DNA of 64,000 nt. Source: Eubacteriales bacterium. GTDB taxonomy: Bacteria > Bacillota > Clostridia > Peptostreptococcales > Anaerovoracaceae. Both the position numbers and the translations under genes were made by a program. Positions 9,930-20,604 of this stretch are shown in pieces. Numbering within the stretch: the first letter of the stretch is position 1; each line of letters opens with the position of its first letter. The DNA lies in the NCBI GenBank assembly GCA_052173355.1, contig JBQMYS010000001.1, positions 13,243 to 77,242 of the forward strand. The letters run 5' to 3'. Under the pieces are notes generated by a model that did no database searches, had not been told where the DNA came from, and saw only the letters and a list, made by a program, of their open reading frames with translations.

Positions 9930-11693
9930 TTATTTAAAACAAATTCCAAGTTCTTCCATCTGCTCCGAAGAAACAGTAGACGGAGCACTGCTAACTAAAC
10001 ATTGCGCATTTTGATTTTTCGGAAATGCCATGACTTCTCTTATGCTTTCCTCACCAAGCAAAAGCATTACAAGACGATCAAGACCGTAGGCAAGCCCACC
10101 ATGTGGCGGAGTTCCATATTTAAAAGCATTAAGCAGAAATCCGAATTTGATTTCCTGTTCTTCTTTTGATATTCCGAGCACCTCAAACATCTTGCTTTGA
10201 AGATTTCTATCATGAATTCTGATACTTCCTCCACCGAGTTCAACGCCGTTTAATACTATGTCATACGCTCGCGCTTTCACTTCTTTCGGCTTTTCAACAA
10301 GTTTATCTATATCTTCCAAACGCGGAGATGTAAACGGATGGTGCATAGCTGAATAAGAATTTGTTTCTTCATCATATTCGAATAACGGAAAATCTGTAAC
10401 CCATAGGAAATTAAACTGCCTATTATCCAAAAGTCCCATCAAACCTGCTATATGACGGCGCAAAAATCCTAAAGTATCAAATACAATTTTTGATTTATCC
10501 GCAGCAATCAGTATTAAATCCTTAGGTTTTGCATCGAATACATTTGCTATTTCAGCAAGCTTTTCCTGTGTAAAGAACTTGTTTACGGATGAATTTATTT
10601 CACCGTCTTGCAATCGAATCCATACAAGCCCTTTTGCACCGTAAACTTTGCAAGCTTCAGTTAATTTATCTATATCTTTTCTGCTGAATTTTTCAGAGCC
10701 GCCATTTATATTTATACCACGAACATCTCCTCCGCTCGCAAGAGCATCGCTGAAAACCTTAAATTCGGTATCTTTAACCACTTCGTTCAGAGATTTCAGC
10801 TCAAAACCGAAGCGAGTATCAGGTTTATCACTTCCATATCTTTGCATAGCTTCATCATAGGTAAGCCTTGAAAACGGTGTAGAAACCTCTACATTCAACA
10901 GTTCTTTCATTATTCGTTTAAGAAATCCCTCTTGAACTGCCATTACATCTTCTTCATCTACAAAAGACATCTCAAGATCTATTTGTGTGAATTCCGGTTG
11001 TCTGTCAGCTCTTAAATCTTCATCACGAAAACAACGTGCAATCTGCATATATCTGTCACAACCGCTTGCCATCAAAAGCTGTTTGTATAGCTGTGGAGAT
11101 TGTGGGAGTCCGTAAAATTCCCCCGGATTTACCCTACTGGGTACTAAATAGTCACGAGCACCCTCGGGAGTAGCTTTCACAAGCATAGGTGTTTCGATCT
11201 CTGTAAATCCATTTTCATCGTAGTAATCGCGTGCAAGTTTGCAAATTTTATGTCTAAATATTAAATTTCGTTGCATTTTGGATTTTCTTAAATCCAAGTA
11301 TCTGTATTTAAGTCTAAGGGTTTCGTCAACATTATCGTCATCTTTTATATATATAGGTGGAGTTTCCGCAGACGAATAAATAACCATATCGGAAACAAAG
11401 ACTTCAATATCTCCTGTTTTAAGTTCAGAATTTTTTGAACTTCTTTCCTTAACAGTGCCTTTTATTCCTATTACATATTCACTTCTGATAGTATTTACTT
11501 TCTCAGAAAGCTCTTCAGAAATGTTTTCATCAAATACAATTTGCACTATTCCCGTTTTGTCACGCAAATCGCAAAACACTAAACCTCCAAGATTTCTACG
11601 TTTTTGAACCCACCCGTTTAATACGACTTTTTTATCCACATCGTTAATCGAAAGTTCACCACACAAGTTAGTTCTTTTGAAAATTGTATCCAT
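9930..11693 (-). CDS. aspS: Aspartate--tRNA ligase
   Basis: About 587 aa with class II motifs (FRDEDLRADRQPEFTQID, GGGSIRIH, GLDRLVM). The start was trimmed to ATG 11693, since the first codon in the track is TTG. Confidence 0.96.
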   Translation of the reverse strand: MDTIFKRTNLCGELSINDVDKKVVLNGWVQKRRNLGGLVFCDLRDKTGIVQIVFDENISEELSEKVNTIRSEYVIGIKGTVKERSSKNSELKTGDIEVFVSDMVIYSSAETPPIYIKDDDNVDETLRLKYRYLDLRKSKMQRNLIFRHKICKLARDYYDENGFTEIETPMLVKATPEGARDYLVPSRVNPGEFYGLPQSPQLYKQLLMASGCDRYMQIARCFRDEDLRADRQPEFTQIDLEMSFVDEEDVMAVQEGFLKRIMKELLNVEVSTPFSRLTYDEAMQRYGSDKPDTRFGFELKSLNEVVKDTEFKVFSDALASGGDVRGININGGSEKFSRKDIDKLTEACKVYGAKGLVWIRLQDGEINSSVNKFFTQEKLAEIANVFDAKPKDLILIAADKSKIVFDTLGFLRRHIAGLMGLLDNRQFNFLWVTDFPLFEYDEETNSYSAMHHPFTSPRLEDIDKLVEKPKEVKARAYDIVLNGVELGGGSIRIHDRNLQSKMFEVLGISKEEQEIKFGFLLNAFKYGTPPHGGLAYGLDRLVMLLLGEESIREVMAFPKNQNAQCLVSSAPSTVSSEQMEELGICFK

Positions 11694-11702
11694 CAAATCC
11701 CC

Positions 11703-12962
11703 CTATTTTTTCAGTTCTTCTATAATATCGCAAGCTTTGATGCTTGTTTGCTCTGAATTTGTCATATTTTTAAGAGTCAGTACGTCGCTATTAACTTCAT
11801 TTTCGCCGACTACCAAAACATACTTTGCACCGATTCTGTCAGCGTATTTGAACTGTCCTTTGAAATTGCGAGAAAGCAAATCAATCTGTGCCTTAATGCC
11901 GTTTTTTCGTAAATTTTGCACAAGTTTCAAACCATATGATTTGCAGATGTTACTATTATCTAAAATAGCAACCAGAACATCCGTTTTTTCAATGTCCTCA
12001 ATTTCATTTCCCTCTGCTACAATAGTAAGGAGTAACCTTTCAACACCGATTGCAAATCCTACACCCGGAATGCTGTCACCTCCGAGTTGTTCAATTAAAT
12101 TGTTATAACGTCCGCCGCCGCAAACCGTACTCTGCGCACCAAGCTGACCCGAAACAAATTCAAATGCCGTTTTTGTGTAATAATCAAGTCCGCGAACTAT
12201 TGTAGGGTCGACAATGTAAGCAACTCCTAAAATATCCAAATTTTGCTTTAAATCCTCAAAATCTTTTTTACATTCATCACACAAATGGTTAATCATTAAA
12301 GGAGCATCTTTAGATATTTGTTTGCATTCTTCATTTTTACAGTCGATAATGCGCATAGGATTGCGATCAAATCTGTTTTGGCAAGTTTCGCACAGATTGT
12401 TGAAATATGGCTTAAAATAAGTTTGTAAAGCTTTTCGGTAAGAAGCTCGACAAGTAGGACATCCTATACTGTTAATTCTAAGTTCAAGACTTTTGATACC
12501 GAGTCCTTTTAAAAAATCTTCTGCAAGGGCTATTACTTCGGCATCAGCTAACATATCGTAACTGCCGAATACTTCGATTCCGAGTTGATGAAATTCACGA
12601 AGACGCCCGGATTGGGGTCTTTCGTATCTGAAGCATGGTATATTGTAATAAAACTTCGTAGGTTGAACGTTTGCAAATATATTGTGTTCCAGGAATGCGC
12701 GACAAACACCCGAAGTTCCCTCGGGTTTGAGCGTAATGCTTCTGTTTCCCATATCAGAAAAAGTATACATTTGCTTTTCAACTATATCCGTAGTATCACC
12801 GACACCGCGAGCAAACAGTTCAGTATGCTCAAATACAGGGGTTCTTACTTCTTTGTATCCGTATCTGATACAGACATCACGAAAAGCATCTTCGACAAAG
12901 TGCCACTTATGAATATCGGCAGGTAAAATATCTTTTGTACCCTTAGGCGCTTTAGTTAACAT
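11703..12962 (-). CDS. hisS: Histidine--tRNA ligase
   Basis: 419 aa with GTKDILP, RYERPQSGRLREFHQ and GGGRY motifs. The ATG overlaps the hemZ end by 7 nt. Confidence 0.96.
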   Translation of the reverse strand: MLTKAPKGTKDILPADIHKWHFVEDAFRDVCIRYGYKEVRTPVFEHTELFARGVGDTTDIVEKQMYTFSDMGNRSITLKPEGTSGVCRAFLEHNIFANVQPTKFYYNIPCFRYERPQSGRLREFHQLGIEVFGSYDMLADAEVIALAEDFLKGLGIKSLELRINSIGCPTCRASYRKALQTYFKPYFNNLCETCQNRFDRNPMRIIDCKNEECKQISKDAPLMINHLCDECKKDFEDLKQNLDILGVAYIVDPTIVRGLDYYTKTAFEFVSGQLGAQSTVCGGGRYNNLIEQLGGDSIPGVGFAIGVERLLLTIVAEGNEIEDIEKTDVLVAILDNSNICKSYGLKLVQNLRKNGIKAQIDLLSRNFKGQFKYADRIGAKYVLVVGENEVNSDVLTLKNMTNSEQTSIKACDIIEELKK

Positions 12963-14362
12963 AACGATCCTCCTGTAAACAAGTTTTCTTCTTTTCTATC
13001 TATCATATCACCAATTCTTGAAATATAAATCTCGTAATTTGAAACGTTAGGCACTCTAAGCAGTCTGTTTTCTTTTGGAAAATAAGCCTTTGAGATTCCT
13101 CCCGCACCAAGAGCGACTATGGTTTGATGTTCGTCCATTATCCGTATGTTGTAAACACTTTCCTTCCCGGGTTTTGCATATCCGGTATTTTCGAGTGCTC
13201 CTGCCATATATTTTTGTCTATAAAGGTAATATGGTTCATAACCCATATGTTTTAACACTAAGGAAGCTAAATCCACCATTTGATTTGCAATATCTTCCTG
13301 CTTTATGTGATAGCTATTATCCAAATCAATCAATTTTGAACCCTTTTTTACTGCCAAAGTGTGAACGGTTATATCGTCAGCTCCAAGTTCAATCAGTTTA
13401 TTTAATGTATTTTCAAAATCAGACAGTTCTTCACCGGGCAGCCCCGCAATTACATCGGCATTTATAGAAAATCCGCCTATCTCATGAGCCATATCAAATG
13501 CATCTAAAACTTGTCTGCTCGTATGATTTCTTCCTATTAAAGCTAAAGTTTCATCTTTCATTGATTGTGGGTTTATGCTGATTCTTTTTACATTATGCGC
13601 TTTTAAAATTTTAAGCTTTTCAAGCGTAATCGTATCTGCTCTGCCGGCTTCAACTGTAAATTCTTTCAATTTTGATAAATCATATGAATTTTCGATTTTT
13701 ATTAGCAGTTCTTCGAGTTCATTTTCTGAAAGCGTTGTCGGCGTTCCTCCGCCTATGTAAATACTTTCAGGATAAATTGAAAATTGCTGCATCTTGTTTT
13801 TTGTATATTCAATTTCTTGAAACAGTGCTTTCATGTAAGCTTTTACATTGTCACGCTTTAATTCATTTGATGTAAAAGAACAGTAAAGACAACGCGTAGG
13901 ACAAAACGGAATCCCTATATAAAGACCTACACTGTTATGACTTGCAGGCGATAAAATGCGACGTTGTAATCTTGCTATATCCAAAGCTAAACTAAGTTTT
14001 TGCTCCGAAAAAAGATATATACCGGAAAGCTCGTCAAAAACCGCTTCTTCGTTTTCGTTATATTTATCAAAAAGTTCGCAAACCAGCTTGATTGGTCGCA
14101 CTCCTGTGTGAATTCCCCATTTGGGTGTTTTTCCGGTTATCTTTGAAAGCTTTTTATAAAGTTCCTGTTTAATTTGATTTTTACTTAAACCGCTCGCAGT
14201 TATAATTACTGAACCATCATTACAATCGGCATTTTTTTGATTTTCGATTTCATTATATTCGCAATCGGTATAAAGTTCGTATTCGCCTTCTTGCAAAAAA
14301 ATCTTTGTAAGTTCGTTAAAATCATACTTATTTTCAATATTTTGCAATATTATTTTATACAA
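12956..14362 (-). CDS. hemZ: Radical SAM coproporphyrinogen-dehydrogenase-like protein (HemZ type)
   Basis: 468 aa with the CxxxCxxC motif GIPFCPTRCLYCSF and a HemN-like core. The start codon is TTG (14362), 8 nt after AAGGAG, and there is no in-frame ATG nearby. Confidence 0.8.
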   Translation of the reverse strand: MYKIILQNIENKYDFNELTKIFLQEGEYELYTDCEYNEIENQKNADCNDGSVIITASGLSKNQIKQELYKKLSKITGKTPKWGIHTGVRPIKLVCELFDKYNENEEAVFDELSGIYLFSEQKLSLALDIARLQRRILSPASHNSVGLYIGIPFCPTRCLYCSFTSNELKRDNVKAYMKALFQEIEYTKNKMQQFSIYPESIYIGGGTPTTLSENELEELLIKIENSYDLSKLKEFTVEAGRADTITLEKLKILKAHNVKRISINPQSMKDETLALIGRNHTSRQVLDAFDMAHEIGGFSINADVIAGLPGEELSDFENTLNKLIELGADDITVHTLAVKKGSKLIDLDNSYHIKQEDIANQMVDLASLVLKHMGYEPYYLYRQKYMAGALENTGYAKPGKESVYNIRIMDEHQTIVALGAGGISKAYFPKENRLLRVPNVSNYEIYISRIGDMIDRKEENLFTGGSLC

Positions 14363-14975
14363 AAGGATTGCTCCTTTTTTCTATTCCGATAGTTGTAGTG
14401 CCCATATGTCCCGGATAAACTTGTGTATTGTCCGGAAGTACGAAAAGTTTTTCATGAATTGATTTTTTTATCTGCGGATATGAACCGCCCGGAAAATCCG
14501 TTCTTCCTATTGAAAGCTGAAATAATGTGTCACCGCTAAAAAGTATGTCCCCGACAAGTATACACATTCCCCCAGGGGTATGACCCGGTGTATGGATGAA
14601 TTTAAGTTCCATATCGCCTATTTTTAAGGTATCGCAGTCATTGACCCAAATATCCGCAACAAGCGATAAACTTTTACCGCAACATTCCAAAGAGGCATTC
14701 ATCAGCGGGTCTGCGAGCAATTCGCTTTCATATGTGCATGCAATCAATTTGACGTTTTTAAATTCATTTTGAATAAACGAAATACCGCCTATATGATCAC
14801 CATGGCCATGCGTAAGGATTATGTACTGTATATCACAACCATCTTTTTCAATCATATTCAAAAGTCCTGCGTTGTAGCCGCCCGGATCAACTACAAAACC
14901 TATATTATTTTTTTCGTCACGTACATAGTACGTATTCACGCCGAGCATCCCTGTTTGAACGCATTTAATTTCCAT
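14355..14975 (-). CDS. MBL-fold metallo-hydrolase (glyoxalase II-like)
   Basis: 206 aa with the HxHxDH motif ILTHGHGDHIGG and a later HTPGHTPG. Confidence 0.85.
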   Translation of the reverse strand: MEIKCVQTGMLGVNTYYVRDEKNNIGFVVDPGGYNAGLLNMIEKDGCDIQYIILTHGHGDHIGGISFIQNEFKNVKLIACTYESELLADPLMNASLECCGKSLSLVADIWVNDCDTLKIGDMELKFIHTPGHTPGGMCILVGDILFSGDTLFQLSIGRTDFPGGSYPQIKKSIHEKLFVLPDNTQVYPGHMGTTTIGIEKRSNPFV

Positions 14976-14989
14976 ATATTACACCTAAA

Positions 14990-15439
14990 TTAAAACAGTT
15001 TTTTGCTATCAAGCAATATGGTTACAGGTCCGTCATTTACAAGACTCACTTCCATATCCGCCTGAAATATACCTTCTGCTACTTTAATTCCTTCTTTTCT
15101 TAGTTCTTCGTTAAATTTTAGATAAGTTTCTTTTGCTTTTTCCGGTTTTTCAGCTCCGGTAAAGCTTGGTCTTTTTCCTTTTCTTACATCTCCAAGCAAT
15201 GTAAATTGTGAAATCGAAAGAATTTCGCCACCGACATCTTTTATCGAGAGGTTCATCTTATCATCTGAATCTTCAAAAATTCGAAGTCCGGCAACTTTAC
15301 CCGCTATGTAAGTCATATCGCTTATGGTATCTCCCGCTTCAACTCCTAAAAATACCAAAAATCCTTTTTCAATTTTTCCAACAACTTTATTATCTACACT
15401 GACACTGGCATTCTTTACCTTTTGTATTACGGCGCGCAT
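14990..15439 (-). CDS. dtd: D-aminoacyl-tRNA deacylase
   Basis: The sequence [13 protein letters not shown]...SQFTLLGD...GKRPSF is canonical Dtd. It was trimmed to ATG 15439 because the track starts at a TTG. Confidence 0.93.
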   Translation of the reverse strand: MRAVIQKVKNASVSVDNKVVGKIEKGFLVFLGVEAGDTISDMTYIAGKVAGLRIFEDSDDKMNLSIKDVGGEILSISQFTLLGDVRKGKRPSFTGAEKPEKAKETYLKFNEELRKEGIKVAEGIFQADMEVSLVNDGPVTILLDSKKLF

Positions 15440-15448
15440 CAAGCCCTC

Positions 15449-17641
15449 CTATACTATTGCTCTATAAACATCTGCAACACTTGGAATATTTCTAAGCGCT
15501 CTTAGCAATTTTTCCATATGTTTGGTGTCGGAAATAGAAAGCGACATTGTAATATTTATTATCTGGTCCTTACCGCTCTTTGCATTTACTCCCGCAATGT
15601 GAATATCAAGATCTTCGCACGCTCTTGATATATCCGAAAACAAACCTTTTCTGTCTTCTGCAAGTATGCAAATATCCACATTGTACGAACCTGCTTCAGC
15701 GGTATCCCATTCAACTTCAATCAAACGGTCTTTTTCGTTTTCAGGAATTGACAGCATATTTACACAGTCTTTTCTATGTACGGATATTCCCCTACCTTTT
15801 GTAATGAAGCCGACTATTTCATCACCGGGTACAGGATTGCAACAGCGAGAAAATCGAATAAGCAAATTATCCGAACCTTTGACTTTGACTCCTGCTGCCG
15901 ATTTTTCGGAAGATTTTTTCTTTTTCTTTACCTTGGAATCAAGTATATCCAAATTCTTTAAGTTGGATTCGGAATTTTTAAGTTCCTCTTGTTTTTCTTC
16001 GTGATAATGCTCGATTAAAGCTATGGCTATCTTTCCTAAAAAAGTTCCGCCGAAACTTAATTGCGCATACAATTCTTCAAGCGTTGCAAATCCTTGCTGT
16101 TTAGCTATTTTACTCAGATAAGGAGGTTTTATTACACTTGCAGTTTCGTAACCTTTGCGCTTTATATATTTTTCCAAAAGTTCTTTGCCTTTTTCGGCAT
16201 TTCCTGTCTTGTTTTCCTTTTTTAAGAAACTTCGGATTTTGTTACGAGCATGGCTGCTTTTTACTATTTTTAACCAGTCCGTACTTGGACCTTTGGAATT
16301 CGAAGATGTAACGATTTCGACTAAATTGCCGTTTTGCAACACATGGTCAATCGGTACCATCTTTCCGTTCACTTTTGCTCCTATGCATTTATATCCTACA
16401 TCGGAGTGAATTTTAAAAGCAAAATCAAGAGGTGTAGAACCTGCCGGAAGCTCCATTATATCACCCATAGGAGTAAATACATAAACTTGACTGGCAAACA
16501 GGTCAACTCTAAGTGTTTCCATAAATTCTTTAGGGTCATTCATCTCCTTTTGCCATTCCAATGTCTGTCTTAACCAAGCAAGCTTCATTTCTTCGACGTT
16601 TACAGTAGAAGAAGAAATCCCTTCTTTGTATTTCCAGTGTGCAGCTATACCGAGTTCCGCCACTTTGTGCATATCATATGTTCTTATCTGAATTTCAAAC
16701 GGTTTACCGTTATCGCCCAAAACCGTAGTATGAAGTGATTGATACATATTGGTTTTAGGCATAGCAATATAGTCTTTAAATCTGCCGGGAAGCGGCTTAA
16801 ACCTGGTGTGAACAACTCCCAAAACAGCATAGCAGTCTTTAATGGTATCAACTATTATTCGAACTGCAGTAAGATCAAATATTTCATCTATTTGCTTATG
16901 CTGATACTTCATTTTTTTGTAAATACTGTAAAAATGTTTAGATCTTCCCGTAATATCATAATGTATATCAAGGTCGTCCAAGCTTTCTTTGACGCTTGTT
17001 ATTACAGAATCAATCAAAGATTGTCTTTCATCTTTTTTTGATTTAACCGCCTCAACCAGTTCATAATAAGCATCTTTATCCAAAAACTTTAAAGCTATAT
17101 CTTCAAGTTCAAACTTGATTGCATAAATCCCGAGCCTGCTTGCAAGCGGAGCATATATTTCAAGGGTCTCGTTGCATTTGTCTATGATTTTTTTTTCACT
17201 CATGTAGTTGATGGTGCGCAAATTATGAAGTCTGTCAGCCAGTTTTATTATTATTACCCTTATGTCTTTTGACATGGCAAGGAACATTTTTCGGAGGTTT
17301 TCAGCCTGTCTTTCCTCTTTGCTTTCAAAGACTATGCTTCCAAGTTTTGTCACACCGTCAACCAAAAGTGCTACATCTTCACCAAAATCTTTTGTCAGTT
17401 CTTCGATAGTGTATGGGGTATCTTCGACAACATCATGCAATAACCCGGCAATAATCGTATCCTCGTCCATTCCAATTTCTGCCAAAATTTTTGCAACACA
17501 AACAGGATGAATCAAGTACGGCTCACCGGATTTTCTAAGCTGCCCTTCATGCCATTTTTCTGCTGTTAGATAAGCTTTTTTGATAAGTTCCACATCGTAA
17601 TTCGGATTTATCAAAAGCAGTTCTTCGATAAATTTATCCAT
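15449..17641 (-). CDS. relA: Bifunctional (p)ppGpp synthetase/hydrolase RelA/SpoT (Rel)
   Basis: HD hydrolase (HPVCVAKILAE..LHDVVEDT), RelA_SpoT synthetase, TGS and ACT regions are all recognisable. The start was trimmed to ATG 17641 (MDKFIEELL); the track start 17680 is a TTG inside secDF. Confidence 0.95.
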   Translation of the reverse strand: MDKFIEELLLINPNYDVELIKKAYLTAEKWHEGQLRKSGEPYLIHPVCVAKILAEIGMDEDTIIAGLLHDVVEDTPYTIEELTKDFGEDVALLVDGVTKLGSIVFESKEERQAENLRKMFLAMSKDIRVIIIKLADRLHNLRTINYMSEKKIIDKCNETLEIYAPLASRLGIYAIKFELEDIALKFLDKDAYYELVEAVKSKKDERQSLIDSVITSVKESLDDLDIHYDITGRSKHFYSIYKKMKYQHKQIDEIFDLTAVRIIVDTIKDCYAVLGVVHTRFKPLPGRFKDYIAMPKTNMYQSLHTTVLGDNGKPFEIQIRTYDMHKVAELGIAAHWKYKEGISSSTVNVEEMKLAWLRQTLEWQKEMNDPKEFMETLRVDLFASQVYVFTPMGDIMELPAGSTPLDFAFKIHSDVGYKCIGAKVNGKMVPIDHVLQNGNLVEIVTSSNSKGPSTDWLKIVKSSHARNKIRSFLKKENKTGNAEKGKELLEKYIKRKGYETASVIKPPYLSKIAKQQGFATLEELYAQLSFGGTFLGKIAIALIEHYHEEKQEELKNSESNLKNLDILDSKVKKKKKSSEKSAAGVKVKGSDNLLIRFSRCCNPVPGDEIVGFITKGRGISVHRKDCVNMLSIPENEKDRLIEVEWDTAEAGSYNVDICILAEDRKGLFSDISRACEDLDIHIAGVNAKSGKDQIINITMSLSISDTKHMEKLLRALRNIPSVADVYRAIV

Positions 17642-17657
17642 ACACCTAGAATCCTTT

Positions 17658-19862
17658 TTAATTAGCTTTTTTAGCCCCAATGTACTTTGATGACTTATTT
17701 GTTAAATTCGAAAGTTCATAGTAAATCGGGCTGCACATAAATATTGAAGAAAGTGTTCCTACCGATACCCCGACCAGCAACGGCAACATAAATTCTCTGA
17801 TTGCAGAGCCTGTGAATAAAAGCATAGGAACCATTACAACAAGCGTCGTAGCGGAAGTCATGATAGATCTTGATACGGTTTGGTTAATGCTCGTGTTTAT
17901 CAATGCATACATATCGTTTCTTCTTGAAAGTCCCAGATTTTCCCTAATTCTATCAAATATTACTATCGTATCGTTTATTGAGTAACCCACTACCGTCAGT
18001 ATACCTGCAATAAACGGACTGTTTATGCTGATATGGAAAATACCGTAAAGTGCTAAAACCATGAGTACGTCATGCGCGATACCTGCGATTGAAGCAACAC
18101 CGAACTTCCACTCGAATCTGAAAACGATATAAATAAGCATACCGATTGCGGCAATAAGCACCGATTTGATAGCATTCATTCGAAGTTCATTACCTACGGA
18201 CGGTCCGAATTGATCGATGTTTATAAGTGATTTTTCCGTAATACCGAATTTTGCATAAATTTTTCCGAGAACATCAATTCTTTCATCGTTGTCAAGCGCA
18301 GATGTAGTCCTGATGATTACCTGCTCGTTGTTTTTTCCCGCGTAAACAGCTTCAACGTGCTTAAGCTTAGCATCTTTGACAGTATCTTTCACTTCGGACA
18401 ATGATACCTGTTTTCCCATATCAAGCTGCATCATTGTTCCGCCTGTAAAGTCAATACCGTAATTATAACCGCGAGCTACTCCAAGACCTATACCGCCAAC
18501 TATTATTATTACAGCCGCTATATAGTAAAGCTTTCTATTTTTTAAGAAGTCAAATTGCCTTTTAATTGCAAATTTACAAGTATTGTCATCATTCATTCCG
18601 TACAGACTCTTTTTTGAAAATGCCTTTGTATCGGATATAATGCTTAGGAACAACTGAGTGATAACAGTCGCAGTAAATATACTTGCTATTATACCCATCA
18701 TAAGTGTCATTGCAAATCCTTTAACAGGTCCTGTACCGAACTGATAAAGTACTATTGAAGCTATCATTGTAGTGATTTGAGAGTCGAGTATCGTACTTAA
18801 TGCCCTTCTGAAACCGATTTGAACTGCAACTCTAACAGATTTTCCAAGACCGATTTCTTCTCTGATTCTTGAAAATATGATTACATTAGCATCAACAGCC
18901 ATACCTACGGATAATATGATACCCGCTATACCAGGCAATGTAAGTACGCTTCCAAAAGCAATCATCGTCCAGATAATCATTATTACATAAAGTAGCAGTG
19001 CAGCACTTGCTGCAACTCCCATAATTCCATAAAATACCAACATAATCAAAATTATAAGCGCTATACCCATAGCTCCTGCAACAACGCTTTTTTCAAATGC
19101 TTCAAATCCTATGCTGGCAGTTCTTGTAGAAGTTTCGATTTCTTTTAGCGCCACAGGTAATGCACCGCCTCTAATCAAAGCTGAAAGTGTAGCCGCTTCT
19201 TCCTGAGGGTAGCCGTTTGAAGAAGTAATTATGGCTTTACCGTCGCTGATTACCGAATGAACAACCGGCGCTGAAATTATCTGATCGTCAAGAGAGATGA
19301 CTATCGCATTATTTGAAACATTTTTTATAGCAGAAGTAACTGAACCGCTAAGAGCCTTTTCAGTAGCAGATGCAAATGCGCTGCTGCCTTGGCTGTCAAA
19401 TTCAAGAGAAACTGCGTATCCGCCATGTTCGGTATCTTTTGTAATTCCCGCGTTTTTAACATTTCCTCCATCAAGTACCAACGTTCCGTCTGCCAAGAAA
19501 AATTGTAACTGCGCAGTTTTTCCGATTTGTTTTATAGCTTCATCAGCATCTTCTGCACCGGGCAGTTCGACTCTTATTCTTTTTTCACCTTCTACCGTTA
19601 CAACCGGCTCAGAAAGTCCCATCTGGTTTACGCGTTGCTCAATTACCGCTTGAGTTTGATCCATCAGCTTTTTCAACTCATCGCCTTTCAAATCGGTTTG
19701 AGCTTCCATTACTACATAAACCCCACCTTTGATGTCAAGACCCAGCTTGATTTGCTTTGATGCAGATTTGATTGGTCCGACGCCCGCTATTGTGGCAACC
19801 CAGCCAAATGCAATTACAATAATTACTAAAATTGCTAAAAACTTTTTTAGTGTTCCGTTCAT
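17658..19862 (-). CDS. secDF: Fused protein translocase subunit SecDF
   Basis: 734 aa. The SecD half (GLDIKGG, periplasmic domain, 6 TM) is followed by the SecF half (IDFTGGT..., 6 TM). Confidence 0.93.
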   Translation of the reverse strand: MNGTLKKFLAILVIIVIAFGWVATIAGVGPIKSASKQIKLGLDIKGGVYVVMEAQTDLKGDELKKLMDQTQAVIEQRVNQMGLSEPVVTVEGEKRIRVELPGAEDADEAIKQIGKTAQLQFFLADGTLVLDGGNVKNAGITKDTEHGGYAVSLEFDSQGSSAFASATEKALSGSVTSAIKNVSNNAIVISLDDQIISAPVVHSVISDGKAIITSSNGYPQEEAATLSALIRGGALPVALKEIETSTRTASIGFEAFEKSVVAGAMGIALIILIMLVFYGIMGVAASAALLLYVIMIIWTMIAFGSVLTLPGIAGIILSVGMAVDANVIIFSRIREEIGLGKSVRVAVQIGFRRALSTILDSQITTMIASIVLYQFGTGPVKGFAMTLMMGIIASIFTATVITQLFLSIISDTKAFSKKSLYGMNDDNTCKFAIKRQFDFLKNRKLYYIAAVIIIVGGIGLGVARGYNYGIDFTGGTMMQLDMGKQVSLSEVKDTVKDAKLKHVEAVYAGKNNEQVIIRTTSALDNDERIDVLGKIYAKFGITEKSLINIDQFGPSVGNELRMNAIKSVLIAAIGMLIYIVFRFEWKFGVASIAGIAHDVLMVLALYGIFHISINSPFIAGILTVVGYSINDTIVIFDRIRENLGLSRRNDMYALINTSINQTVSRSIMTSATTLVVMVPMLLFTGSAIREFMLPLLVGVSVGTLSSIFMCSPIYYELSNLTNKSSKYIGAKKAN

Positions 19863-19992
19863 TTTTTTTGTTTTCCTCCGATTACGTTAAACTAAATACA
19901 TACCCTTTATTCTACTACTTTCTACCATTTTATACAAGGGCAAAATTCCATAAAATAAGGAATTATATGAATATTTTTTTGTATACTTTTTG

Positions 19993-20024
19993 AAAATAAA
20001 AAAGGAACTCAACACGCAAGTTCC
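19993..20024 (-). terminator. Rho-independent terminator after yajC
   Basis: Minus strand GGAACT-TGCGTGTTG-AGTTCC hairpin (20024-20004) followed by TTTTTTATTTT. Confidence 0.7.
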
Positions 20025-20049
20025 CTTGAATATCATATAATATTAAATA

Positions 20050-20466
20050 CTATGCTTCCGTTTTAGATTCTTCTTTGATTTCTTCTGAGGATTCCGAAGA
20101 TTCGTCTTTTTTTAGAAGCTTTTTGGGCAAACTCTTTTTCTTTGGTTCTTCCACTATTTCTTTCTGCTTTGAATTGTCAGCAGATGAACTTATAACCTTT
20201 GATACAGCCCATTTGGTAATTTCGAATTTCACTTTGTCAACTCCCACCTGAATGATGACCGATTCGTCTTTTACCTTCATTATTTTACCGTATATACCGC
20301 CTATGGTAATTATTTCATCACCCTGCTTCAAAGAGTTTCTCATACTGTTTATCTCTTTTTCTTTTTTCTTTTGCGGTCGCATGATTAAAAACCACATAGC
20401 GAAAAGCAAAAGAGCGAATATTATAAGCTGCTGTGAAATAACAGGATTGTTCATTATTTCTTTCAT
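20050..20466 (-). CDS. yajC: Preprotein translocase subunit YajC (with long K/E/S-rich C-terminal tail)
   Basis: 138 aa. It has a single TM helix followed by RPQKKKEKE...GDEIITIGGIYGKI, which is the YajC signature. The RBS is GGAGG. Confidence 0.88.
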   Translation of the reverse strand: MKEIMNNPVISQQLIIFALLLFAMWFLIMRPQKKKEKEINSMRNSLKQGDEIITIGGIYGKIMKVKDESVIIQVGVDKVKFEITKWAVSKVISSSADNSKQKEIVEEPKKKSLPKKLLKKDESSESSEEIKEESKTEA

Positions 20467-20493
20467 TTATTCCTCCAAAGGTCTAATTAAAGT

Positions 20494-20580
20494 TGGTGCC
20501 GGCGATGGGGGTCGAACCCATACGGTGTTGCCACCACGGGATTTTGAGTCCCGCACGTCTGCCAATTCCATCACGCCGGC
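20494..20580 (-). tRNA. tRNA-Leu (anticodon CAA)
   Basis: I folded the minus strand by hand into a cloverleaf. Elements in order: GCCGGCG-TG-ATG-GAATTGGCAGA-CGT-G-CGGGA-CTCAAAA-TCCCG, a long variable arm, ATGGG-TTCGACC-CCCAT, then CGCCGGC-ACCA. The anticodon loop is CT-CAA-AA. Confidence 0.9.
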
Positions 20581-20604
20581 AAAATTACTTGCAAATTTAT
20601 AAAC

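Noticed and set aside
19944-19964. Inverted repeat AATTCC-N9-GGAATT between the yajC terminator and secDF.
   Set aside because: It is a 6-bp AT-rich stem, easily expected by chance in this composition. It has no adjacent T-run and no second copy.
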